A stretch of DNA of 63,895 nt, counting the filler, from Reticulomyxa filosa (taxonomy: Eukaryota > Protista > Foraminifera): the NCBI GenBank assembly GCA_000512085.1. It is 25 parts of 25 records of this genome, joined end to end, with 100 filler letters (N's around TTAATTAATTAA, not from the genome) between each part and the next. Parts side by side here need not be neighbours in the genome. Positions count along the whole stretch, not along the records: positions 4,652 to 14,261 come from ASPP01013379.1; positions 14,362 to 20,468 come from ASPP01026100.1; positions 20,569 to 22,213 come from ASPP01020032.1; positions 22,314 to 24,028 come from ASPP01026280.1; positions 24,129 to 26,070 come from ASPP01020422.1; 20 more parts are not named here. The stretch is one strand, 5' to 3'. Positions 12,717-26,170 of this stretch are shown one piece after another. Positions within the stretch are counted from its first letter, which is position 1. Every line of letters begins with the position of its first letter. The notes beneath the pieces were generated by a model, which was not told the origin of the DNA, did no database searches, and saw nothing but the letters and a program-made list of their open reading frames with translations. Made by a program: the position numbers and the translations under genes.

Positions 12717-14261
12717 ATGTTTGCACATTCTTTAAAGAGATATAGTATTGGTGGTGGATTCAAAAACTTTGGATATACTCCGAGACTAAATTTCGGTTTA
12801 AATTGCTACAAAGCACACCGCTTGTTTTGTACTCAGTCACAGCGCGAAGAATTTCGTGAGTACGTAGACAAGTGTTCAAATTTGATAAGAGAGTTTTTGT
12901 CGGCTCAAAGAAGTGTGTTGGACGAATATAATCAACACGTCGCTGAGGACGTTGAAAAATTCGAGAGAGATTTGCATACGCCGTATAAATTTGCATTCGT
13001 AGGGGGATGGAACAAAGGGAAATCGTCACTGATAAATCAATTGATGGGCACGCGAGTAGCAAAAGTGGATGACGTACCAACCACGGCTATACCAACGTTG
13101 TACGTGGTGGGCAAAACGAGTGAAGTGGTCCAAAAGACCGATAAAGCGGCAAAAGAAGAATTGCAATTGATGGTGTTGCCAAATGCAGTGAGCATATGTG
13201 GAATCGAGAATATCGTCATTGTGGATTTGCCAGGCTTGAATGCTCATTCGTCGCATGGGCATGACGCCGTTGTAAAAGATTTTTTGAAGCGAGTGGATCA
13301 AATTGCATATGTTACCGATGTCCATCAAGTCAGTTTCACAATTACTTTTTTTTTTTTTTGTAATGTCCCCCTCGTTTCCCCCTTATTTGGTCCTTTCTTA
13401 CTTTTTTTTTTTGTAAAAAAAAAAAGAATAGGAAAGAGGGAGGTGGGGGGGGGGGAGGTGAACAAAAAAAAAAAGTTCAAATGCTAGTGATTTAGTAACA
13501 ACAAACTAAGGTTTTGTCACAAAGTGACGAAGCAACGTTCGAGCATATCCAATCAATTGGACGGACGGCCAACCTAGTAATACTGATAAATAAATGCGAC
13601 CACATTGAGGACTCGAATCGATTGGCAAAGATCAAACAGTACATTGAGAAAGAACTGTCACCGAAGCTTGTCGAGAGACCGAACGCGGATAAGGCCGACA
13701 CGTCCCGTTGGCCCACAGAGCAGCCTGTTGTGTTTTTAGTGTCCGCCAAAAAACCAGGACACTACGAATGGGACGAATGGATGAAGAATGTACAGAAGTC
13801 CATGGGCGAATGGCAATCTCGCGAACGGTTGAAAATACAACATATTTTGGAAAATGTGAGTCGCAACTGTATCCAACGCGATATCCTATCGGAACATATA
13901 CGTCCTGCAATGCAACAACAAACTCAAATGCTCCACGCTTTGCAAGACTGCCAACAAAAGATGGATCGTTGGGCACGTGAAGACGCTTTTTTTCAATGAA
14001 GACGTGCTGCAACTCATCATCTCTAAATGGGATGCCGCCTTGTCCAATTTGAACGCCAACGTCAAACAGATCGTCGACCAATGGCATTGGTACGAACTCA
14101 TCTTTGGAAAAAAAATCGATTGGCGTTTGCGCAAAATCGAATCTATTGATGTTGAACACGAAATCACAGCCAAATTGGTCACCTTGTTTTCTGAAAAAGT
14201 TCCGACCATATTTCAAACACATTCGGATACACCTTACAAAAAAAAAAAAATTTGGCACAAA
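12717..14261 (+). CDS. Dynamin-superfamily GTPase, FZL/bacterial dynamin-like (mitofusin-class), with predicted mitochondrial presequence; 3' partial
   Basis: G1 VGGWNKGKSSLINQL, G2 VPTT, G3 IVDLPGLN, G4 INKCD, G5-like FLVSAK; intron 13329-13510; T-run frameshift near 13990; helical stalk follows. Confidence 0.85.
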
Positions 14262-16415
14262 NNNNNNNNNNNNNNNNNNNNNNNNNNNNNNNNNNNNNNN
14301 NNNNNTTAATTAATTAANNNNNNNNNNNNNNNNNNNNNNNNNNNNNNNNNNNNNNNNNNNNCATCTGTAGACAACAATGATGTGAACCAGCTATCGATGA
14401 TCTTGCAAATCACAATAATGGCATTACTCGTGACTATGTTGTCGGTGATAGAGTTGAATTAATTAAGGTATTTTTTATTTTAAACATACATACATATTAT
14501 GTATACATAATGTACATAAACACATACCTATGTTATATTGTAATCCCTTTTTTTTTTCCAGTTTTTATTTGTTGAATTGCATGTCAATTTTTAACAGCTT
14601 AAAAAAAACAATTTGTTGACTTTTTGCAGGTGTGACCAAATAACATTGGGAAAGATGATCGGACGAATCCAATATGAAAGGTCACAATGGCAACAACTAC
14701 TCTACCACCAAAGAGGGCCCCATTGCTTGTTTGTCACAAGGAAAGCATATACAACTTTGTCATCTGACTAGATTGAAGAATTTGATCAAGTGTTCGACAT
14801 ATTTAAAAATTTTATTTCTCGAATATGGCAAGAATGATTAATTAATATTCTTGTACTTTTTCAATAATAAATTTGAAAAAATTAATTTTTGATACAAATT
14901 TCGTTAACAACTAAGTTTTTTCAATTCAAATATATACACATTTCATTCTTTAAAAAAATATTATAAAAAGTGTGTTGCATGTGGTTGAAATAATACATAT
15001 AATTAAATTTTAGAATTAATTTTATCACTTTGAAATACAATCAATTGTTGGACAAGTCAATGCATTTCATACAAATTTTTTTTGCTCATCATAATTGATT
15101 TACAACATTAAAATATTGATCATACACACTATTTTTATTTTGCATGCATGACACTTCTTTTTCTTTTTTTTTCAAATTTTTACAACAGAAAAACTTCAAA
15201 ACTTATGCTAAACAGATGTTAATTTTTGACATAGAATATTGTAATCTTCTCAATTTATTATTTGATAACTGACTTATACAAGATATTTATTTTTAAAATA
15301 GAAAAAACAACATGAATACTTTAGCATAATCAAAAATATTTGTAAAAATTTGCTAAAAATGTAAAAAAATACAAAAATCCATTTCACAAAACAATACAAA
15401 ATAACATTCAAAATTGAATTTAGAAAAATAGATTATCTTATTAATATGATATCAGCTGTTCAGTTTTTTCTGCTATTAAATTTTTAACTTAATTATTTGT
15501 TACAAATTACAAATAGTCGTTTGCTATTTTCGGTTTTGTACAAAAAATAGATAATTTATTTTTACTTATTGAATACGCAAAACATCACTCAATATTGGAT
15601 TTATTCGGTCTTTTTCTTTCTGTTTGCGACATAAAGGCAATGAATAAAAATAAAAAAAGTGTATAAATTTAGCAAACATGAGAAAAGATAAAAAAAAGTT
15701 TGACCTTTGCAATTCTTACAAATAAATTGAAATTTTTTAACTTGTGGCTTCGCTCCGTTGAATGAGTCTTTTTTTCCATTTGCACATGCTTTAAAACAAA
15801 ACACCCGTATTGTGTTCACATTGTCGTGACATTAGCTAAGGAACGGAGGCAAAGTTTGATTTCTCTGTAAGTTCAATAAGTAAGCCGAAAATGAAGAGTT
15901 TTTACGTTGTTCTTGGAACGACTTCGACAAACAATTACCCTAAACACACGAAATTAATGACTGTTATAAATCAGTCCTATTTTCTACTTGTTGAATATGT
16001 AATTACAAAAAAAAAAAAAGATAACCAAACAAAAAGCAGAAGACAAAACTTAATATGCCAATTTTATCGAGGAACAAAGAGGAAAGGACTGTTTGCAAAA
16101 AAAATTGAATTTGTGACAATGAAGAAGTACTTCATTTTTGGACAACATGTGAAATACAGAGCAAAAAAGGTAAAGAAAAAAATCAAAACACAAGAACAAA
16201 AAAAAGGGGGAAGACAGGAGAGAAGGAACGCGAAACAAAAGGGAGGGGTCAATAGGCATTTTAAAAAAAGTTTTTCAATGAACATACAAAATTGTGAAAA
16301 AATTTGAGATCGAATGCACTGTCATTCAAACAAAGCCAAAACCAAAGCAGCACCTAACACATCTTACACGCCATGAAACAAAGAGAGAGAGAGAGAGAGA
16401 AAAAAAAAAAAAAAA

Positions 16416-17422
16416 TCAATCGTTGTGGCCACTCTGACTATGTTCACTACCACTAACACTGTGTTTTCTGCTCGTACTTTCTTCTTCAGATACGACAGCT
16501 TTGGGATTGTTGGCGACAGTGTTTCTTTTATCATGATCATCGTCTTCGGCAAAATAGTCGAGATCTTCATCTCCAAACAAACTCGAATGAGCTTCATGTT
16601 TATATTTTTTTCGAGACAAGCTACGACGATGTTCGTCGGTGAGTTTCAAGCCAATCTCCACAGTTTGCAACATGTAGTCATTATCATCATTGTCATTGTC
16701 ATTACTATTGCCAGCGGCATTATCATTAACAGTGCCATTGCCATTATTACTTCCATTGTCATTGCCGTTGACATGGCCATTTGTTGGGAGGTCATTTGTT
16801 AATGCATGCAAATCGTTCTTTTTTTTTGACAACGAATTTTCTTCCACTTTTTCAAACGCTTTTTTTTCACTTGTTGTATGAGTGTCGCGTTTTGCTAACT
16901 CGTTATTTGCTATTCAATTTTCAAAGGACACTTCTAAAGGGGATTACCTTCTTCTCTTCCCATCCTCCCCCTTTCACACCCCCTTCATTTCCTCGCTCAA
17001 AAAAAAATTCTTTTTTTAAAAAAAAATAAAATAAAATAACATGAGGGTCTGGCTAATGCGACAGGGACAATCGTGTTAAAGTCCATCGGTTTATTAAAGT
17101 TTTCAGCTTGAATCATTCCGCTATTTGTGTTCAGTGGCAATGATGATCGCCCATAGTTGCTTTGGTCATGCAGTGCTGTTAATATCACACTTCGACTTCG
17201 AATTCGTCGCATAATTATTGCCATCAACACACAAAATACTATTAATATGACCACCACGCCCCCGGCTATCACCCCAATCACTACGGTACTGTTGCTAAAA
17301 AAATCTGTCTTCGATTTCTTTGTTCCCGGTGACGTGGTTTGAACTTGACCTTGAGCCTCATCCAGAAAAAGAAATAATAATAATAGCCAAAATTGTATCC
17401 ATTTTATTATCTGCAATCTCAT
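16416..17422 (-). CDS. Type I single-pass membrane protein with signal peptide, short ectodomain and Asn/Asp-rich cytosolic tail (intron 16910-17040)
   Basis: MRLQIIKWIQFWLLLLFLFLDEAQG signal; TM VVIGVIAGGVVVILIVFCVLMAIIM followed by RRIRSR; in-frame phase-1 intron. Confidence 0.7.
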
Positions 17423-17931
17423 CTTTTTTCCCCCTTCAATTTTTCGAACTTTCTCCCCTCTTTCTTTCGCTTCTACAGTTACTGTGCATATTTTTAAGGA
17501 AAAAATAAACAAAAAAATTGTAGGGTTTGCATTGCTTATTTTGAAGAAAAAATTTTGGATTGGAAGTTTAGACTTACTGAATTTTATTTATCCATGAACA
17601 AATTTTTTTTGAGACGCTGGAAGCGTTTTACCTCTTTTACATATAAAAAGCTACTAGCTTTAATCTACTGGTAGATATCTAAAAAAAACACAAAGTGCCA
17701 CATGTGTTCAAAGAGCTAAAAAAAGAAAATGAGAAGTGAGCAACTTTTCAACGACCAAGTCCGCAAAAATGTACTCAATGCTGCATACATTTGTTGAATA
17801 AACAACGTAAGTGCAAAACACAACACATGCCCTTGATCTAATAAAAAACTAAAAAAAAAAGATTACATTTATTTGTTCTCATCTTCTCCTCAATTTGCTT
17901 TCTTCCTTCAGTCATATGTTTATGATGAAAC

Positions 17932-18535
17932 CTATTCGTTAGACGGTTCTTTTTGATTTGTATCAGTTTTCCTGTTGGTATCTACTTCTTGTGTTTCTGT
18001 TCCCTCATAACCCTCTTTCTCTGGTATTGCCTCCAATTTTGTTTTGGTATCACTTGTTTTGAAAGAAAAGAAACACACACAACAGACCCATTTGCATTTG
18101 AAATAAAGGCCCCAAGACAGAAAAATATCTTACTGTCTTTTTTTTTGAGCGAAAAACTGCATACCTTGCCTCATTTGTGTCCTCACAGTTGACTGGTTTG
18201 CTAATTTTTTTAATCTCTTTAACTTTCCTTTGGTTTTTTTTTTTTTTGATTTTATTTGGTTTTAAGTCTATTTTTTTTCTTATTACACTTGTTGTTGATT
18301 TGATTGGGTGCACTTGTTTCTTTATTTTTTATTTTTCCTTCCCATTTGCAGCTTACCTCTGTGGCCACCATTTGTTGATATCCGAGAATTTGTAAGGGTA
18401 ATTTTTTTGTTTACAGTATGCCAAGATTTGCTGAATGGTGTGCGGATAATGTCCAATGGTGTGGCTGAACTCTTGGCTCACTTCGTCTAGTGACATCATC
18501 TTATTATTTTCTTGTGCTTCTCCGTTGTCTGACAT
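17932..18535 (-). CDS. Small hypothetical protein, 3 exons
   Basis: MSDNGEAQ... exon ending at a GTAAG donor, Lys-rich middle exon (needs one A-run indel), acidic last exon ending TAG. Confidence 0.55.
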
Positions 18536-19525
18536 ATCTATCAATTTTTTGCAAGGCTTGGATAAAAGCTTAATATGAAACACTTGACACAAAGACCGAT
18601 TAAAAGGGAGATTGTTTGTCCTCGTTTTTGTAGTGCATCTTTAATTTTCTAATTTTATTACCAGCTTACCTGTTAAATTTATTTGATCAAGAGGTCACTT
18701 TTTTATAATTGTGTTTCACTTTGTGTACGAAAAAAAAGAGTAATAAAAAATCAACGAAATAGATAATCAACTTGATATATTATTTGAAACTTAACAAAAC
18801 ATTAATCTTTTTTGGTGTCAATTTAAATGTAATGTTGATAATGCTACTTGTTTACGACCAATCAGAACAAAAATTACAATTTTAAAAAAGAAATCAGTAA
18901 AATTTTGAGGCAGAGAAAGAGCAAAACCCTTGTTTTATTCATATCCATTTAAATTATTGATATCTAAAAACGTTGTGATTCATCTTTTAGAAGTAATAAT
19001 TATCCGACTTGTTGAATACCTTAGGCATTACAGTTATATTAAAAGTCAATTTGTATATTGCCTACCCAAAAAATTTTTTAAGACGCAGCTGTAAAAAGTG
19101 ACCTTTTTGTGGTTGGCTTTTTTTTTTTAGAGAAGGGAATATCGATTTGAATTTTTACCACCTTTGGCATATCACCAACAACAGTTTGTGGAACAAAATA
19201 TTCTATATTCTTTTCAATCCGAAAAGCAGATAAAAAAGACCACAACAAAAACTCGAACAGGTTCCATAGAAAGTAATGGAAACTGAGCACTTGAAGTTTG
19301 GGTATGAACAATAAAAACGTGTTCTCAAAAAAAAAAAAAAAAAAAAAACTATGGTCCCTCAGTTTCCCTCCCTTGGCAGTATGTAAAACAAAACTTGACA
19401 GGACACAAACAAAGGAGCAGTTAGGAAAGTTGTATAATGTGGATGTATCGACATTGGGTTTCTACGAAAGACCAGAAGCATGGGACAAATGGTCGAAGCA
19501 GAGCACTAGCAAACAGGGACCCGAC

Positions 19526-20340
19526 ATGATGGAGAACGAGCAAGTGAAAGGGACAATGACAGTGAAGCAGCTACGAGGGGGAGTAGTAGTGGACGACATA
19601 TACCTGACAAAGAACGTGAGCAGCAACGGCAGTGAAGGAAATGGGAACGAGACGAGATACGTATCCAAACCAGGAAACGGCTGGAATGAGAACGAGACGA
19701 CGTACATGGACAACACGAAGAAAGCGGATGTGACGCGAGTAATGGAAACAGAGATGAGGGGGATGACAATGGAAATGGGAATCAAGTCCAACAGTTTGAA
19801 TCTGAGCTCGAGCTCACAGCAGTTCAACATCACCAACAGCAATGCCATTGATTGGTACTTAGCCCAAAGTGAAACGCAGCCCGCCACGTTGCAAATGAAC
19901 GAATTTGACGATGACGATTTGCGCACAATTCATGGAACAGGAGGAGGAGGAGGAGGAGGAAGAGAAGAACAACAAGAAGTAGAAGGAACAGCCACGGCCA
20001 TGAAGAAATTGGATAAAAAGTTTGATGATAATATCGTCATACCGATATCATCATCGCAAGTTGACCGAACAGGTGGTTGTCCGGCCGTGATCTCCACAGT
20101 CACTTCATCCAATCTTCGCAGTGGCGCAGTTCGGCCCAGCGGGAAAACATGGGTCAGTCCATTCCCTAGTCGAAATGAAAATCTGTACTTCTTTATGTTC
20201 CGTTACAAAGTTTATCCCTGTCCTTATCGTCGAAACTGTCCGGAAAAAGTCATTTGCGAGCTTTATCATCACGATGGCGAAAGGCGAAGGAATCCTGGGT
20301 CTGGACCCCATTTTTTGTATTCGGAAGAGGCTTGTCAACA
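19526..20340 (+). CDS. Unkempt/TZF-type CCCH zinc-finger RNA-binding protein, partial
   Basis: FMFRYKVYPCPYRRNCPEKVICELYHHDGERRRNP...YSEEAC matches the Unkempt-like YKT..C..C..C..H..RRR.P..Y...C pattern; start codon uncertain. Confidence 0.75.
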
Positions 20341-20568
20341 GTTAATTAGGAGAAGTGGGAGGGGGACATGAGATAATTTTCTTCCCCCTTTTTTTTTTTT
20401 TTTTTTTTCTTTTTTTTATGTTCCTCACCAAACAAATTGGAACATTGATTTTTTTAAAAAAAAAAAAANNNNNNNNNNNNNNNNNNNNNNNNNNNNNNNN
20501 NNNNNNNNNNNNTTAATTAATTAANNNNNNNNNNNNNNNNNNNNNNNNNNNNNNNNNNNNNNNNNNNN

Positions 20569-20594
20569 TTCAGTTTTCTTTGCAACCTACTGTA
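20569..20594 (-). mobile_element. Tc1/mariner terminal inverted repeat (right end) with TA target site
   Basis: TTCAGTTTTCTTTGCAACCTACTG-TA is the near-exact reverse complement of TA-CAGTAGGTTGCAAAAAAAACTGAA at 36416. Confidence 0.75.
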
Positions 20595-21712
20595 TAATAT
20601 TATTATTTGTGGTGACTATTCAATGCTTTATTCTGCGTTTTCAGTAAAAATTACATTACAAATTTTTTTTTGTCATATCATTTTATAAAGAAAATAATTT
20701 ATCTTTGTTAGACACTATATTTTTCTTGATAATTGTATTTATATTTTCTACATGAAAAAAACTCAACTTCTATATTGATACTTTCACCTAAATTAATTCA
20801 TTTAGCTTCATTTTTGTTAAAATTTTCACCTTTATTAACACAGTGAAAATTATAATAATGTTTCTAAATAATACTAATAATCGCAAAATGAATAAATTAA
20901 AATGTAGATTATAAATTAGTTATAATTTCTTGGATAAAATTGTTTATAAAAAAGAAATTATATCATATATTGAACAGATAGAATTAGATTGCCTTTTTTA
21001 TATTTTCCATTTGTTGGTTCAATCACATATTGTCGTCCTTTGATTGAATATGATATTTCAATCAATAAAGCTTTGGCAGTGTCGTAATGTTCGCAATTCG
21101 TCATAAAATTTCTTTCAGTATTTTCATTTGTGCATTTGCTTTGCCATTCCAACCTCTGTCATTGTTATCATAAGAATTGCAGTCTTTGATGAAGATGACG
21201 CACTTTTATCAGTTTTTTTTAGAAAGGTTTTTTTCTATTACATACAAAACTAGCGTGTTACATTCAAATAAAAAAGACTTGGCTGAATATTATGATTTTG
21301 TTTATCTAAAATATGAATAGCGTAAAAGCAATATAGTGTGATTTGAACTAGTGTTATTTGGTAGTTGTTAGTTCTTTATTTTAATAAGAGATTAGCAAAA
21401 AGGCTAGATAAATAGTAGTTTAAAAGACATAGATTTGTTCTGTCTTATAAAAACTTACTAAACCAAAAAGGCAACTAAAACAAGTGCCACCTACTAAGAG
21501 GAAATGATTATTAAAATGATGTTTTTGGAAAATGCAATGATGTAACTAAACTAGCTGTAATTATTCTATTTATGCAAAGTAATATAGAAAAAAAAGTAAC
21601 ATTGCCAACAATTGAATAAAAACGATGTAATTTTTTTTCTTATTTTGAGGAAAAGAAAAATATTTAATAACGCATTATGAAAAAGACTGAAATATATTTG
21701 AAAAGAAAAAAT

Positions 21713-22213
21713 TCAATTACTAGGTTTGGTTGATGTTTGAAAGTTGATACGTTTATTTAAGTCTTCGTTTCTTCGAATCAATTGTTCTTTTTCATCTTCT
21801 AAAACGCTAACAAGAATTTTTTTTTCTTCCAATTCTTCATTTTTTTGTAAACATTTATTTTCATACCAATCTTTTTCTGTTTTTAGAATATTAATTTGTT
21901 TATGTAAAGAAGTGATTTGTTTTTGCATTGCAGATAATTCACTGCGAGTATTTTCTAAAAATACTTTGGTACAATTCAATTGAGATGTTTGAAATTCATA
22001 TTGTTTAACTAATTGATTATATTTTTCAAATGTTACTAAATTATCATCTTTTTGAAGAATATGATTGTTATCAATTGGATTTTCAGATATACTATGAGCA
22101 TATAATTTTGTCTTTTCATTTTCTTTTCCAGAGAGTTTGCGATATACAGATTGAAATAGACCAGTTTTGGAACTTTGTTTACTTTTTGGACTGGAATGAC
22201 TATTGAAATCAAT
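21713..22213 (-). CDS. Coiled-coil protein, 3' fragment
   Basis: Open frame from the contig edge to the stop; heptad-rich E/K/Q/L sequence. Confidence 0.55.
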   Translation of the reverse strand: MDFNSHSSPKSKQSSKTGLFQSVYRKLSGKENEKTKLYAHSISENPIDNNHILQKDDNLVTFEKYNQLVKQYEFQTSQLNCTKVFLENTRSELSAMQKQITSLHKQINILKTEKDWYENKCLQKNEELEEKKILVSVLEDEKEQLIRRNEDLNKRINFQTSTKPSN

Positions 22214-22399
22214 NNNNNNNNNNNNNNNNNNNNNNNNNNNNNNNNNNNNNNNNNNNNTTAATTAATTAANNNNNNNNNNNNNNNNNNNNNNNNNNNNNNN
22301 NNNNNNNNNNNNNTATATATATATGTATACGTATACGTATACATAGATTTCTATGCTTGTATGTCTACATGTAACTGAACTTGCTTCTGTCCACACAGA

Positions 22400-22804
22400 A
22401 CCGTGCTCGGATACATTCTGGGCGTAGAGTGGACCAAACTGCATAATTATTGTGTCGTCGTAGGCGGATGGAACAATCAACTATATTTTATTGGACAGCT
22501 GGTTTTTGACAAAATGCTATGGAGTAGACTTGTCAGACCTATTGGTGAGGATACCAAACCACATGCAAACGTTTGGACGCAATGGGTCATTGAAAATCTC
22601 AGAGAAAATCGCCTTTGCAAAGAATGGAGAGACTTGGTTATCAAAGGACTGCGTTGCTTGTTTATCAAAAACACTTCCACAAAAAAATCCGGAATTGATT
22701 ATTTAAATCAGTGGCTGCGCTTCAAATTGGACAATACCTTGTCGAGCAATGCTTCCCGTTATTGGGCGAATGTTATCACTGCCAATTCGTCGGTTTCATC
22801 ATAA
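22400..22804 (+). CDS. Last exon of a hypothetical protein (possible terminal WD40-like blade)
   Basis: CAG acceptor before the ORF; ILGVEW....VVVGGWNNQLYF resembles a propeller blade. Confidence 0.5.
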   Translation, partial: TVLGYILGVEWTKLHNYCVVVGGWNNQLYFIGQLVFDKMLWSRLVRPIGEDTKPHANVWTQWVIENLRENRLCKEWRDLVIKGLRCLFIKNTSTKKSGIDYLNQWLRFKLDNTLSSNASRYWANVITANSSVSS

Positions 22805-24135
22805 ACAATTGTTTCAGATTTGATTTTGTTTTCTTTTGTTTTGTGTTGCCATTTTATCAGCTCGGTTTTTCTTTTGAGAGTTGTTTTGATTTTTAAAAAA
22901 TGTTAAGTGACAGATCAATCAGATCTGATTCTTCCTTCGATTGGATGGTTTAATTTTTGATTTTTAGGATATTTGTTTATAAGAAATATTCCTGTTTAAT
23001 CGTTGCCACACAACAAATGCCTTAATTTTGAAGTTAGACAATCCTGAGATCTTGCAACAATTTCTTTGGTGAATAACTAAGCATTTTTACCGATAAAACA
23101 ATCTTATGCTTTTAAAAAAGAAAATTTTGATAAATGCAAATAAAAAAAATTAAAAAACCAACTAACACACAATTAAATAGATAATAAATTTTACAAAATT
23201 ATCTTCAAAAAAAATTAAGCGATTTATAAATCTTGACCTTTATTAAGTTAGTTTTTATTATGAAAATATTGCTTTATAAATTCATTTTATCTATCAATTG
23301 TGTATTCTAATGTAAAAGGAAAAAATTAATATGTTAACAAATCCACACATGTACAAAAATGTAATGCTTTCCAAAACAAAAAGCATACTTTCAAATTCTT
23401 TATGCTTTCGCCGAACAGATCTGCGACTATTATATCATCACTTACACAATTACGCAAAATCGAAAAAGTTTAAAATTAGTTATTCTAAAAATTTCAAATG
23501 CTTGGCTATCAAGCAAAAATAAAATATTGTAAACAATGTCATCATTATATATACAAGAACATCGAAAATATAGTTAAAAGTATTTTGATTGATTGTAAAA
23601 TTTGTTTAATGTATTAACTAGTGTTTGAGAAATTCAATAGTCTGCTTCAAAAGATTTATTATTAATTAGAATTTGGCAAAGCACTATGATATGTCGCATC
23701 GAATAAAAAGTTAGCGTGCTGTAAATTTTCACAGAAACAATACCCTTTTCAGTTAAAAAAAGTTCAGTTCTGAAAAAATTGAACGTCTTCTGCGTTGTTT
23801 ATATTGTAGAACTAGAAATATATTTACATCTGATATTGTCAAGATCTTCATGCTTTCCGCCAAGCGTAACACTTTGGGTCAAACGGTTACTCCCAGCTGT
23901 CATTACGACAAAACAAAACAAAAGGGGAAAGCCAAAAGTCTTTATCAAAATGTGATTCTTATCATTATTATTCTAAAGTGTTCAATGTGTTGAAATTTTC
24001 CTGAAGAATTTTGCTATTTTTTTTTTTTNNNNNNNNNNNNNNNNNNNNNNNNNNNNNNNNNNNNNNNNNNNNTTAATTAATTAANNNNNNNNNNNNNNNN
24101 NNNNNNNNNNNNNNNNNNNNNNNNNNNNAAAATGA

Positions 24136-26070
24136 AATGAACATGAACATGAACATACGAATACGAATGCGAATGCGAATGCGAATACGAATTCGAATGA
24201 ATATGATGCAAGTGTACAGAGCCAACACAAGAAGAACAAAAACAAAAATAAAAACAAAAACAAACAGCGAAACAAAAGTAAAAATAAAAGCAAAGCGAAA
24301 ACGAAAAATAAAAACAAAAGCAAAAACAAAGATGGCCACGGGGCAAACAGTAGCAAAAGGGAAGGGACCCACCATGATCAAACAGATGGTGTTTCCAAAA
24401 GGGATAGAGTCAATCATCCACAAAAAGAAGAAGAAGAGAAAGAAGAAGAAGAAGAAGAAGAAGAAAATGTAGAAGAAGTAAACGTAGTGGAGGAAGCAGA
24501 AGAAGCATCAAGAAAAAGTACAGAAATATCAGATGCATCCAACTGGATTGAACAAACATCTGCCGTGGTTAGCAACGATCAGGACCAACTCGATGCAAGA
24601 CCAGAGGAAGAAAAAGATGAAATACAAATGAAAAAGAGTATGACGAGCAACAACAACAACAACAACAACAGCGACAACAGCGAGAAAAAATAACAATGAA
24701 AGCAAAGATAAAAACGCCAAAGAATACAGCAAAGAGAGACGATACAACAGTTTATCAAATGGAGCAAAGATGACAACAAGCCCGACAAAGAGCAAGGGCA
24801 AAGATAACAAGAAGAAAAATGAAACAAAGAATGACAGTGAAGAGACATTGATAGCCAACCAAAGTAATCACGAACATGAGAAACCAGATAACAATGGCAA
24901 TGGCAATGACCATGATCATGATCATGATCATGATCATGATCATGATAATGACAATGAGAAGTTGAATGAGTTGAATGCAATAAAGTCAGACCCTTCTCGA
25001 AGAAAACGCAAATCACGCAAAAAAAGAAACAGCAATCACAAACTGCCCAAGAGGCCCTTGCAAGAAATAACAACGGACCGAACAGTGGCGTGGATGCCGT
25101 GGACGCGAATCCAAGCGACCCTTCTCTCGTGTCTGTCCCTGAAAGTATCCCAAAGATTTCGACGCAACAACAATCGAGACCCTCTTGGGACAATATCCCA
25201 CTTCATCTCATTTCATTGTCTTGGGGTGCACTGCTGATTACTGTCCTCACAATAATCAGACATTCGATTCTCCTATTCTTACTTCCGTCGCTTCTGTTCC
25301 TTCTGGTCCAACTTCTGCTGCTGCTACTGCTGCTGCACATTCTCCTTTTGCACAGCATTTGTCCGCTCAAAGTGTATTGCATTTGACATTGCCGCCCATT
25401 CAAAAAAACAGCAACGTCAAGCCTTCTGCAATTCAACCCCTCAACGCAAATGCAAATGAAGAGGAACAGCAAACAATTGAATTCAAGTCGGAATTGTTGC
25501 CGTCGAAGGATGAAAGCAAGGATTCAACGACTGATTACTCAAATGGTTTGTGAGTTTATATTGAAATACATAACATAGCAAAAAGACTATATGCATATAT
25601 ATATATATGTATGTATGTGTGTTGAATGGATAGCAATGGATAGTTCCCCAGTGAACCTGGCAATGGAACAAAAGACTAAAGCAACACATTCCACGAAGAA
25701 ACCTCCGATTGTAAATAACCAAGGCGTGATCAAACCAAACAACTCAAACGTGATCGGCACTTTAGCGTTGACTGCCACGGAAAGTAACTCCAAGACTGAT
25801 GCAAGCAACAATATTTCCGTGTTGAGTCCTCGTTCCTCCGTTCTGACTGAAAGCGCTCCGCCTGAAACGTCTCCTTCCACTCCGCTTGACATTGGCAGCA
25901 GTGTTCCTTTGACGCAAAGTATTATTGTATCTATTCTTTCATTCTTTTCTTTTTTTCCTCCTTTCATTATCTCAAACAAACGAAAGTAATGAATTGTCAG
26001 CACTCAATATTGATCCTTTTTTTTTTTTTTTTTTTTTCTTCCCCTTCTCAAGAATCGAGAAAGCCCCCCA
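24136..26070 (+). CDS. Low-complexity disordered protein fragment (N/K/E, HD and Ser/Pro-rich), several apparent frameshifts
   Basis: Consecutive overlapping + strand ORFs (24487, 24770, 25090, 25185, 25591) with intron-like breaks; hexamer microsatellites in coding sequence. Confidence 0.5.
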
Positions 26071-26170
26071 NNNNNNNNNNNNNNNNNNNNNNNNNNNNNN
26101 NNNNNNNNNNNNNNTTAATTAATTAANNNNNNNNNNNNNNNNNNNNNNNNNNNNNNNNNNNNNNNNNNNN

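Noticed and set aside
15891-16307. Lys-rich 138-aa ORF
   Set aside because: Translation of A-rich sequence antisense to a probable 3' UTR; no motifs
20958-21152. 64-aa minus-strand ORF
   Set aside because: Short, no ATG start, no recognisable motif
24073-24472. Hydrophobic or RI/KT-repeat ORFs on several frames
   Set aside because: Shadow translations of hexamer microsatellites in a low-complexity exon
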